A stretch of 64,000 bases of DNA from Trichoplax adhaerens (lineage: Eukaryota > Animalia > Placozoa): NCBI RefSeq assembly GCF_000150275.1, contig NW_002060943.1, forward strand, positions 9,171,270-9,235,269, given 5' to 3'. Made by a program: the position numbers and the translations under genes. Each line of letters opens with the position of its first letter. Position 1 is the first letter of the stretch. This document shows, in pieces, positions 1-11,375 of the stretch. Under the pieces are notes generated by a model. It was not told the DNA's origin, searched no databases, and saw only the letters and a list, made by a program, of their open reading frames with translations.

Positions 1-689
1 GAATGGCACATGATTGATTTGACGTTGTGAACATTCATCTCATGGTACAAAGCGTTGGCTGATACAGTACACTAAAATACGACCATGATAAAATGCTCTA
101 CTTTAATGGCGTATTGTTACAATGAAAGGCTTTACCTTTTTAAGATTCAGCAATTGAAATGGTTGGCAGCAATCCAGTTGGACCGAGGTGCGTTTTAGAT
201 AGTCCTGTACTATTTCGAGCGACCTTTTCAACTCGAGCGGTGCTTTCGTCTACTGAATATTGTTGCAAGTTGTAACGTACTGTACAGTTGCAGTGCCTCC
301 ACGAAAGGTCATCGGAAGCGCGACACGCCGAACCAAACGTGCAAACGTGGCAACTTTTACAATATTTATTTTAATATCATTACTATTATTAATTAATTAC
401 TATTATTTTTTATTTCTATTCTACTGTATAGGATATACATATGTATTCTATTTGATTTTATTTCATTTTATTTTTCTATTTTATCAGCTTGACATTGAGC
501 CATCCAATGAAATTGCGTCTTCTTGCTCATTTAGCCAAGCTTTAAATCAGGTGTTCACCATTGTGCATAATTGACTGATAGGAGGTAGTCAAAAATCTCT
601 CTAGTTGAAGCTCAATCATCAAGGTCACGCTTCGTCTTCCAGATAGTGTCCACCAATGTTAGGAACACTGACATTTACAGTATATCGTA

Positions 690-1869
690 CTGTACAGTAC
701 TGCACAGAGCCACCAAGAACTTGCACTGTACACTGTACAATACCACGTGATCTTACCCATTGCAGATACAACCATTTTTGTATCAATTTGTACAAAATTG
801 ATCGCAAATGCATGGTTTTAATACTTTCGGTAAGTTCATGACGATTGGTCAGTACATTGTACTGTACTGCACAGAGCCACCAAGAACTGTGCACTGTACA
901 CTGTACAATACCACGTGATCTTACACATTGCAGATACAACCATTTTTATATCAATTTGTACTGTACAAAATTGATCGCAAATGCATGGTTTTTTACTGTA
1001 CTGTCGGTAAGTTCATGACGATTGGTCAGTACATTGTACTGTACTGCACAGAGCCACCAAGAACTGTGCACTGTACACTGTAAAATACTGTAGAACAATT
1101 TTTGCATCAATTTGTACAAAATTGATCGCAAATGCAACTGTCGGTAAGTTCATGACGATTGGTCAGTACATTGTACTGTACTGCACAGAGCCACCAAGAA
1201 CTGTGCACTGTACACTGTACAATACCACGTGATCTTACACATTGCAGATACAACCATTTTTGTATCAATTTGTACTGTACAAAATTGATCGCAAATGCAT
1301 GGTTTTTTACTGTACTGTCGGTAAGTTCATGACGATTGGTCAGTACATTGTACTGTACTGCACAGAGCCACCAAGAACTTGCACTGTACATTGTACAATA
1401 CCACGTGATCTTACCCTTTGCAGATACAACCATTTTTGTATCAATTTGTACAAAATTGATCGCAAATGCATGGTTTTAATACTGTCGGTAAGTTCATGAC
1501 GATTGGTCAGTACATTGTACTGTCTGTACTGTACTGCACAGAGCCACCAAGAACTTGCACTGTACATTGTACAATACCACGTGATCTTACACATTTGCAG
1601 ATACAACCATTTTTGTATCAATTTGTACAAAATTGATCGCAAATGTATGATTTTAATTAGACCTGACTTTTAATACTGTCGGTAAGTTCATGACGATTGG
1701 TCAGTACGTACATTGTACTGTACTGCACAGAGCCATCAAGAACTGTGCACTGTACACTGTAAAATACCACGTGATCTTACACATTGGAGATAGAACAATT
1801 TTTGCATCAATTTGTACAAATTGATCGCAAATGCATGGTTTTAATAGGTAAGTTCATAACGATTGGTCT
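690..1869. repeat. Tandem array of 7 degenerate copies of a 137-189 bp unit
   Basis: The anchor CACAGAGCCA recurs at 703, 870, 1047, 1184, 1361, 1537 and 1726. Units contain CCACGTGATC (6 of 7), a near-palindrome TCAATTTGTACAAAATTGA, GGTAAGT and ATTGG. The overlapping repetitive ORFs here are artefacts of the repeat. Confidence 0.95.
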
Positions 1870-1931
1870 TTTCAACCGTTTTACTTACAGTATAGAAGTT
1901 TTTACTAGTCAAGTATATCGAAGAAAATAGG

Positions 1932-2079
1932 ATCACATGGTAACAGTACTGTCTTCTTCCTGTACTGTAGTCCAGTAGTCCATGATCCACTCCATTACGA
2001 TGTTATACTGTACTGTACTAGTAGTCTAGCACACGAGTAGATCGCGCACGCGCACTGCCATCTGATGTTGCATAGCGAC
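1932..2079. promoter_or_regulatory. Candidate RFX X-boxes upstream of TTC23
   Basis: GTTGCATAGCGAC at 2067-2079 and ATCACATGGTAAC at 1932-1944 resemble the RFX X-box (GTTGCCATGGCAAC type). They lie in a CG-rich patch 350-500 bp upstream of the ATG of a cilia-related gene. Confidence 0.45.
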
Positions 2080-2431
2080 CAGAATGAAATTGCCCATAGC
2101 TTTATCGGTGGCTTTATGATGCCAAATGATACAAGCTACTCAAGATTGCAATATTGCAGTGCGTATGTAAATATACACACAACTACATTTAAATTGATGG
2201 CATCGTTGGTGTATCTATGAGACACTGGTATTATAAGTAAATTTGTACATTTCTGCCTACTACTACTGGAGTTTTATATCATACTATATATTTCTCTCTT
2301 TTTTACTCAGAAGTTGTAATATTGCATAAAACTGTATTAAAGCTTGCAAGGGATAATATGTGTTTCTACGCTTATAGATGTTAATTGATAGTGGAAATCA
2401 AGAGGAAATTAAACGTGTGACAAAAATTTAA

Positions 2432-5400
2432 ATGATGGAAGAGCGACGAGATGTAGGGAGTGACGAAAAGGCATATAATACCGAAGAAAAAAATGATGTA
2501 ATACTGTTGCCATTTATCCCCAGAAAAGGAGGTGATAATACTCATATGATAGCAGTCAATATTTTTATCAGAACATAATACCAAAATATTCTTATTTTAA
2601 AATATGTAGTCCTAATCGTAGCATTAATGATCGTAACCAATGAATCGATGAGAACATGCTGATTAGATTCTAATTACATGATTAAGAAATAGTCATAGCT
2701 TTGTTCGACATACCAAGCACTTCTACAATTTCCTCTTAGAAGTTTTTGGACATACCGTTAATTATATCACTAAACTCAAGTAGTTTTTAGGATTTACTAA
2801 ATTCGTATTTTGGATCGATGAAATCTAGATAAATTCATAATACATTTTTAAATTTCCAACAATTTTCACAATACGCACTATATTAATTATTAAAGCATTC
2901 AGGTATCAAATAACATTCAAAGAAATATTCATAATATGCAAAAAGATAACCTTAATATCAAATTAGAAAATATATGAGATAGGCGAGAATTATATCTGAT
3001 ATCAAAGCTTACTGTAGTTTTTATTTATGTAGCTGCTTATAAGACAGAAAATACCAATTCGCTAAAACCTAGTGACGAAGCCATTGATCAGAAAAGTCAG
3101 AAAAAAGGTATCATCTAATGTAAAAATTAATGTTAACTATCTTGCATTAACTTGTAGAATCCGGAGCCAAGATCAATAAGCTCATAAATTGATAACATAA
3201 AACTTTTACTGACACTAGTGTAAACATTATTCAATTTTATCTATAAATACTAATTCCACTGAATTGATTTATAGTAAAGAAAGTGAATATGATACCACCC
3301 CTGGATTTGCTAATAGACTTGGAGCGGAAGATCTTACATAATTTGAAGGATAGAAAGGTTATTATAAGCGAAGAAAGATTCAAAATATTAATTTTACGAT
3401 TAGCGAAATTAAATCTGAAGTTTAACTGTAGCTAGAGAATTATATTCTATATCTTCATATTTCACTATTGGACAGGGTATTATCATGAGCTCAATTCACT
3501 GAAATTGTATTGTAAATTTGTTGTAGAATGATACCTTAATAGACGATTTAGTCAGGTGTTGTGCACTAACAAGGATAATACATGGTGATGACAGCTATGA
3601 GCTTGCAGAGAATTACGTGCGATTAGCCCATGTATATTTGCAACTTAAAGGTACTATAACGAGATCATTTGTAACTATTTTATATGTGATAAGCCCGTAA
3701 AATTTTATTCTCTAGCCTGATCTTTTCTTGTTTTATATCGTTACTCTTCAATTCAAAGTTGACTGATTCGAACTAGCTATTGTATACTTAATCCAGTTTA
3801 AAATTGAGATCTTATTTATCACTCTGCAGCAGCGTCTTTAATTAGCCCAGATTAAACTTTATTAATAGCGGTAAGTATCATGTCTTGCTATTACAATTTA
3901 GTTTGATTTTAATATTAGGACTAGTGCAACAATCTATAATGCACGCGCAACGAGCAAATGATATCATTGTCCGTGGAAAACAACTCGGTTTAAATTTCAA
4001 TGATGATCGTAAATCGGTCCTACCCTTAACAATTGGAATCTACTACGTACTTGGAGTTGCATATTTACGTCGAAATAGATATCTGTGAAAAGGAATGATA
4101 AAAAATTTTAAATTTAAAGTTACTTGTTAATATTTTCAATCGATTAGTAACAAAGTTATATTATATTGCAACATTCCGCCTGTTTCGTACTTTCCTTGAT
4201 TTATTGATAACTATAAGGAAGCTAAGCTTGCTCTATTAAAAGCCGAAAGAGCCAATGGTGAATACAATAAACTAATAGAAGATAACGGCAGCGAATTCTG
4301 TGACGACATGGACATTAAGATCGCTAATACTTTAGGACGGTACGTAATTGTCATTGACTATAAGTACTATTTTAAATTCATTTCTGTTACTTTTTTAAGA
4401 ACGTAGCCAGTAATTTAATTAAAGCTGAAAATCATATTAATACCTACTTCTTTTATAACAGATTATGTGTGGCGCAAGGAAATGTAGGATTGGCTTTGGA
4501 ATGTTATGAAAAGCTAGTCGATATGATCATTAAACTTAAAGGAGACGGCGCTGTCCAGCTTATTCCTATTTACTGGGAGATTGGAAATATATCCTTAAGA
4601 GAAAACAATGTATTTGAACTTGTTCTCAAAAATATATATTGTTAATGAAAAATTTTCTTAACATGCGCCAAGCAGAGAAAATGCTCGCTAAGGGAAGTGG
4701 TAATATGAAAAAAGTGACAGAAGCTTATTTACAAGCTTATAACGTTGCTGTTGCACGGTAGGTTCTAAATTACTCAACTTTCCTTTACTTCTAAGATTTG
4801 ATATTCTTTTTTACAGCATTTACGACTTACGATAATTACTTAGCAATTTGTATATAAATACCTTATAACTGTTTCAAATATTACAATTAGCAGATACATG
4901 TAAAGGCATTTAAAATTAGATAAATAATAATTATCTACGGGAATAAATATTATATGCTACCCCATACTCGTATGATTAAGTATGCGTTCTATAACGACGT
5001 AACCTGAAGACTAGTAGAAATTACTTATTAAGAATTTGAATACATATTTTACAAATATTTCTGTAGTTATCCAGCTAAATCTCCTCAGATCGCCGACGCT
5101 TCTTATCGATTAGGGAAGGCATATCTATTGGAGAAGTCTACTGAATCAGAAAGTAACGTTCTAGAACTTTATTATCAATTATTGTGGATCGCTTTAACAG
5201 CAATTATATAAGTTTAGATTTTAAGACATTAATACAATTCAGCTTTAGCAGATGAATATCTTCAGCGAAGTTATGAAATTTATTCCAAACATGATGGATC
5301 AAGCTCGAACAAGTGCATAAAAATCCAGGTAATATTAGATCGTTGAATCTAATAATCGAATGATCAGCCTCTTTAAATAATTGAGTATTAAGCATGAAAT

Positions 5401-6419
5401 ACAACTACAATTTATTGATAATTAAATTTTCTTCCGTTGTAGGATGATATATGTCAACTCCTAGTGAAAAAGACGAAATACGGGGTAACCTATTATTGAA
5501 ATTACTAATCTATAAAAATCGAAAGCTATCGTACGTACATCAGCTAAGCTATCAACCGATCCTGCTTGTTCCTAGGAAGCGATTGTGAAATTGAGGCCCC
5601 TCGTCGAGACCAAGCGCAAAGCTTTCGGAGAAGATAGCATTGAGGTGAAAAAATAATTAATACTTTGTGATGTTTTTGCCATTTTTAAATATTAATATCA
5701 TATTTCATGAAGCTTACAGTATACCCTAAGTTTCAGCTAATTTTTTACGTATACTGGCAGTAAAACTCTTCACATATTGCAGGTTCAAATTTAGCATGAG
5801 ATAATCAAAAATATTATTTAAACACTTTTTAATATTGGACTTCATTAGGTAGCAAATTCATATAAACTACTTGGAATAGTAAATCTGTCTCAGGGTGAAA
5901 TGTTAAAGGCAATTAAACCACTTACTAAGGTTTTGTTTAAACTTTAAAAATAATATTAAAATCATAAATATTATAGTAAGAGACTTTGGTAGGGATCAAG
6001 ACTACCACTGCATTAAACGGTAACATAAAAGAATTAAAATTTCTTTAGTGTCTATATATATATCGAAATATCCTCGGATCGACTCACAAAAAGACCGAAG
6101 AAGTCGAAAGTATGGTCGAGATGATTGCTAAGTAAGTTTATATTGGAACACTCTGTATTTAGCAGATAATTTTGCACATCCTCAACATGAATATTATGTG
6201 TAGCTTGAATTATATTTGAAAAAATGTACAAATAGGTACAAAACAAATACAGTCTAGTGATTTTAATTATTGTCAAGCGCTCATACATGCGGGAACTGCT
6301 GGATATTTTATTTAAATTTGCCTATGTTTAGATCACCGATCGCACAAGCGAAAGGACTGAAATCAACCAAGAAGGACGTTTTAAAAGATAGACCTAGGTT
6401 TCAAAATATAGTAAAATAA
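2432..6419 (+). CDS. TTC23: Tetratricopeptide repeat protein 23 (TTC23/TTC23L family), about 15 coding exons
   Basis: Spliced exons give ...MIPPLDLLIDLERK...DDLVRCCALTRIIHGDDSYELAENYVRLAHVYLQLKGLVQQSIMHAQRA...YKEAKLALLKAER...ETKRKAFGEDSIEVANSYKLLG...CLYIYRNILGSTHKKT...NIVK*. This is colinear with TTC23 ([59 protein letters not shown]). Probable ATG 2432, stop 6417-6419. Two introns have non-canonical ends. Confidence 0.9.
4079..4210 (+). other. U12-type (minor spliceosome) intron, AT-AA ends
   Basis: Starts ATATCTGTG. Branch point TTTCCTTGAT at 4191-4200. With this donor the frame is restored only if the intron ends ...GATAA at 4210 (AYLRRN-S-YKEA). Confidence 0.7.
4589..4671 (+). other. U12-type intron, AT-AA ends (AT-AG alternative 6 nt further on)
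   Basis: Perfect U12 donor ATATCCTT at 4589 and branch point TTTTCTTAAC at 4653-4662. In-frame junction GGA AAT|GCA GAG AAA with the intron ending ...GCCAA. Confidence 0.75.
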
Positions 6420-7668
6420 GAGATATTCGTTTTATCGAGCATAAATCGAATTGGAAATTTTGCAAACAATCACAAAACGCGTAGATCTCGATTTGCAATC
6501 TTTTGATATGGCCAAATTTTATTGCATTTTTAGCTAATTAAACATCTTGATTAGTTTTATGTAATGCATATATCAGCTACAATTATAAATTTGACAACTA
6601 AGCTTATATTGTAATAAATTCGAATACGCACCTCCTTTCAATTTTAAATAAATAATAATAGTAGATAGTACTGTACATTCAGATCATCAATTCTAAAATA
6701 ACGTATTTATGTTACTTTAGATTGCGTAATAATACATTTGTTAAGATGATTCCAGATCCGAATTCGCATGGAAAAATATAAACGTAGTTGATATCCGATT
6801 ATTAATTATTTTATGGAATTACTAGAACTAACAATAAGTTATTTAATTAGAATAAACTGCTAAAGTAAATAAATTTTATTCGTTGTAAATAGATATACTT
6901 GCTATAGCAATCCGTTATCTGCTTAATAAATGAAATTGAATTACAGCTTGCAATTGCGATACATATCAGTGCTTCAGATAATCGCATTGTATAATATCTA
7001 TTTACAACTAAAACTGTAGACTTTCACCATTAGTGATACATTAATCGAAATAATTCTTAATTAAGGTAATAATTATATGCAAGCTATGATTTAAATGTTG
7101 TTGCCATATAATTATGACGAAGGCGCAATCATGGCTTTCTTAATTAACGATAATAATGGTAATGACAATGAGCGCAAATGATATAGTTTAATAATGTTCG
7201 AGTATAATAACGTATGATAGATAAATTCGGGGATACGGGATGATCATTATTGCGTTAGCTGCATGTTTTACTTTTCAAAGTTTAGTGATACTACTGTGTC
7301 AAGTATTAATACTTAATTATATACATGTCATTGGCACTGCCGCAAAAATCCTGTGAGTATGCAAGATAAATATGTGATACAGTATTCGTATGTACCATAT
7401 TTTAAGATGGCAAGTTTACCGTAATTCACAACTGTGCATATATAGGTGTTAACTCCTACAAAAGTATTTTCTTATACAAAAATTTAAATATAATGTAAAC
7501 CCTTATAATTCTTCTCGCGCAACTGTCACTGCACATAATTGCGGTAATACTGTATGAAATTTTAAATAGAATAACAACGACTTTCACATCATCAAGAACT
7601 CGAAGTACAAGTCAAGAACAGCGATAAATAATCTCAATAGCTATTTGTGGCTAATCACAAATTAAAAA

Positions 7669-10510
7669 TTAAACGAGAGGTTCTTGCATTTCATCGCTAT
7701 CGCTTTCAATACAATTATCGACTTCTTGAGTCTGAATGATGCTATGATCTTTCTTTATTGGCTTCCATGGTAATTCATCTTTGCTGGAGTTTTCCTGGTA
7801 TCTTAATCCATAAGTAATTCAGTGTATCAAAAAATATTCCGATTAAAATTTTATAATTCTCAAATGCCTCCTAGTTTACAAAGCACTACAAGTAAGGTGC
7901 TCCTGAACATTTCGTAAGGTAATATAAGCAGGTATTTGCTGCCGTAGCAACAAGTGTCTTTTAAATAGATCGAAAGTAGATTGACACAAGATGAGTTGTA
8001 TTAGTTTTAGAAATTGTCAATTCATTGATTACGTTACAATATCATTATTATTATTTGGTAGAAAATTGATGGAAACTGATCATACTACAAGGACTAAAGC
8101 AAGGATCTGTCAGTCTCTAAAAAAATCACTCAGAATAGCATGATAGGTGTGATATATATTATTTTCATATCATTATTACTGTTTTTTAATGCGATTTCAA
8201 GCTCTGTAATTCATAAGAATGGCAAAATATGTAACTTAATGTATGCTAGCTTACCTTCTAACCGGATCACTTAAATTCTTTTCCATTTTTACGTTAAACT
8301 CTTTACAGGCTTCTAATTGTTGATCTACCTTACTTAATAGATCAGTAATACCATCGGACTGACTGTCGGAATATCCATATTTCTTAGAATCTACCGACTT
8401 TTCGTGATGTTTGTTACATTCTTCTTTCTGGGAAGAAGTTTTATTTATGATGGCTTCATTTGGATTTTTATAGTCATAGTTGGCTTTGTTAATTGGTACT
8501 CTCAGTACCGCACCAATAACCAACCGATCTTGGGCCCATATTTTGTTATGCCGTCTTAGATTTTCGATCTAGGATATATTATGAATATTGTAGATTTTAT
8601 TTAGAACGGCTTGAATGAATATGGTTAACAAAGATCAGAATTGTATATTAAGAATTATACGTTGAAAGATTGAAAGACTTTAAAGAGAATGAAGATGAGG
8701 ATTCCGTCTGTAATACTCGTATAGGAAATATTGTTTTAAAAATATTTTACGATGAGCTATGTTATGGTTTAATATTCATTCAAGATTTACGCGGTATATA
8801 TTACTTTATTATGACACATTCTTGCATTTTATAGTCAATACATGTATATCATGGCATTCCAAGTATGGGATTTGCTAGTTCAGGAAATTCGGATTTTGGG
8901 ACTAAACTTGGGTCTTTAAGCGAGATATGCGTAGTTGTTTGCCGCAAGATGTAATGTATTGACTGATATCGTCAGTTTCATCCAGTTACGCTTGAAGATG
9001 CTTGTCTACTGCATCATGACGTTCGAGACGTAGCAGTAATCGATTTCGCCTTAGAATCAAACCTTGAATGCGGCAATTATAGTAAGATCACAAATACCGT
9101 CCAGTTTTTACTGTCATCATACAGAAAGTAAATTAGTTCAGTCTACATATTTTAACCAGATGATCGAACATATGCAGCTTTCGAGCCAATGGATACGATC
9201 AGATAGCGACATACTGGTAACGGATAAAACAGGGAAATGGGAATATGTATACACTGTACAGTAGTGTTCTACAGAAATGTAAGAGATTTCTGGGTTGGAT
9301 AGCAAAATAAGCGCTACGGTTCAATTGCTGTACACATCTTCGTATTATTACAGCAGATTTTTAAAGTTTATCGTTACCTACTTATAGCATAGTATGTTAT
9401 AGTATTGATTTTTACCTTATTTTTATCTTCCTATAGTCAGTATACAGTACAGTATAGTAATTTCCATATGTGATAATAACGTATATAAACAGTTGAGACT
9501 TCAGGATCGAGCAGAGATTTACACGGCAATCAGCCCCAAATTTTTGTTGCTTTTAAGTAATGATATCCGTATACTATAACTGTACAATAATTGGCTAACA
9601 CCGCATTTCTAGATTAGAAATAATGGAACTCACTGAGGAGTGTAATACCAGATAGTTGATCTATTCGAATTTGAACTGGAGATTTAGTAGTGAAATAGAA
9701 AGTAATTGGTGAACTTTCAATACGTTACGTATTCGATGTGATCTGTCACCTTTGGGCGACAAGTCAAGAAATACCAGAAAACTGTGATATCTATGGACAG
9801 GTGCTTGGTTGTATATCAGTACATTAAAAGTTTGATGATCCATTGATTGGGTTATTTACCCCATAATACGGCTAGGTACTACTCTGTTGTATCGTATCTT
9901 CAGGTGGTTGATTGGTAATTTCGTTTGTCAATTATCGCCCAAAACTGCGTCACAATTAATTGATTACCGTAGAAAAAAAAAACTGCTCGTCCTGATTGGT
10001 AGTAAGAATAGAATTCATTGATAAAACTGTATCTCTTTTTCTACGTGTATGTAAGCTTGTACGACTGCAGCTCAAAATTGCTGGCATCGTCAACGGTCGA
10101 TTGCATTGCCATCATCGACGCCTAACGAAATTCTCCAATAGATAGTTAGCTCTACAACACTGTAGACCAACGTTTTGGATCAATGGATGTCATTCAACGT
10201 ATTGATATTTACGGGATTACTAATGCATTATTGTAATCATAATCATTTTGGGGGTCAATTAAAGAATTCAATATCATTTTCAATGAACATATTACTGTAT
10301 TCTTTATGATCTATATCCTACCGTAGCGCCATATCGTAAAGCGATTCCTTGTAGTGTATCGTACTTGGAGATGGTATGTTGAACTATGACAGTCGATTGA
10401 TTGGACTCCTGACTTGAAGTGCTACCGTAACATGTCCTCCTAGATCCGTTTGCCAATGCTAACGATGTTTGCTCTGAAGCGCTAATTTGTGATGTGGTTA
10501 ACCCATCCAT
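7669..10510 (-). CDS. LYSMD2: LysM domain-containing protein (LYSMD1/LYSMD2 family), 3 exons
   Basis: Exon ~10322-10510 has RRTCYGST...QHTISKYDTLQGIALRYGAT. Exon ~8255-8568 has IENLRRHNKIWAQDRLVIGAVLRVP...DLLSKVDQQL. The probable last exon ~7669-7794 ends EMQEPLV*. LysM motif DTLQGIALxYG. The last splice junction and the LYSMD1 versus LYSMD2 assignment are uncertain. Confidence 0.85.
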
Positions 10511-10659
10511 GTCATAGTTGCCTTTCTCAGTAACAATTTTAGTTCAAGGAAAGCACCATCATTATGTCATCATCTCCAATCGGAAATTTCGCCAGGACTA
10601 AGACTCTTGGCTGTTTTTTATCGAGTGTATGTACAGTATAATCTTGTGATTGAATTGTG

Positions 10660-11345
10660 ACTCCAGTCTGGTCCGGCGCGGTACGGTACAGTACGGTAAG
10701 GCGTGGTCGCCCACCGTAACCATGATTACTATAGAAAATGTATCTTCAGAACTGCACCGGTCCGGTATTAGCTCAATGCATTCAGACCAGTGCTCATATA
10801 GTACAGTACAATCTTATAGTTGATTGTTGAATGCTTTATTAGTGGGGCTATTACTTTCTTTCTTTCTTTCTTTCTTCTCTAGTCACATAGTAGGACAGAA
10901 CGTCATATCCGGCACTCCAGTACTGTACTGTACAAGCAGTGTTTTAGACTACATCAAGGCCATGGTCTACACAAATAACAGAATAGAAAACCAGACCCTG
11001 GTACTGCATCCAATTCCTCTGTAGGTGTTAGTCATGGCTGCTACTCCCTAGTACAGTGTACAGTGTACAGTGTACAGTACTAGGGAGTCAACTGCAACTA
11101 CAGTATAAAACAAATTTCCAAGTTGCACGATACATCGTACTGTAGTCTACCATACATACTGTAGCATTGTACTGTAAGGTTGTACAGTACAAGACTGTAT
11201 GTTCAGCACTGCACCATACAGTACTGAACAGTACATACTGTACTGCACCCTTGAACGGTGCAGTACTGAAATGTACCGTACAACCGCACAGTACTGTACA
11301 CTGTACACTGTACACTGTACAGTACTGTACGCTGAATAGCGCCCA
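10660..11345. promoter_or_regulatory. Bidirectional promoter (LYSMD / WDR61) rich in GTAC/TACAG/CTGTA repeats
   Basis: Lies between divergent ATGs at 10510 (-) and 11376 (+). Contains a GC-rich patch at 10670-10720 and dense CAGTA/TACTG/TGTACAC runs at 11050-11330. Confidence 0.7.
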
Positions 11346-11375
11346 TCTTCAACTCCAAAGCAAAGTCGAGGAGAA

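Noticed and set aside
136-260. Possible exon on the minus strand (TKAPLELKRSLEIVQDYLKRTSVQLDCCQPFQLLNLKK, followed by GTAAAG)
   Set aside because: No start codon or recognisable homology. It may be a 5' exon of a gene outside the window but cannot be supported.
625-1642. Several overlapping ORFs of 60-108 aa with repeated peptides
   Set aside because: They are translations of the tandem repeat, with frameshifts between units and no protein motif.
690-1869. CRISPR-like look of the repeat arrays (also 32.4-34 kb)
   Set aside because: Whole units are repeated with no unique spacers, there are no cas genes, and the context is eukaryotic.
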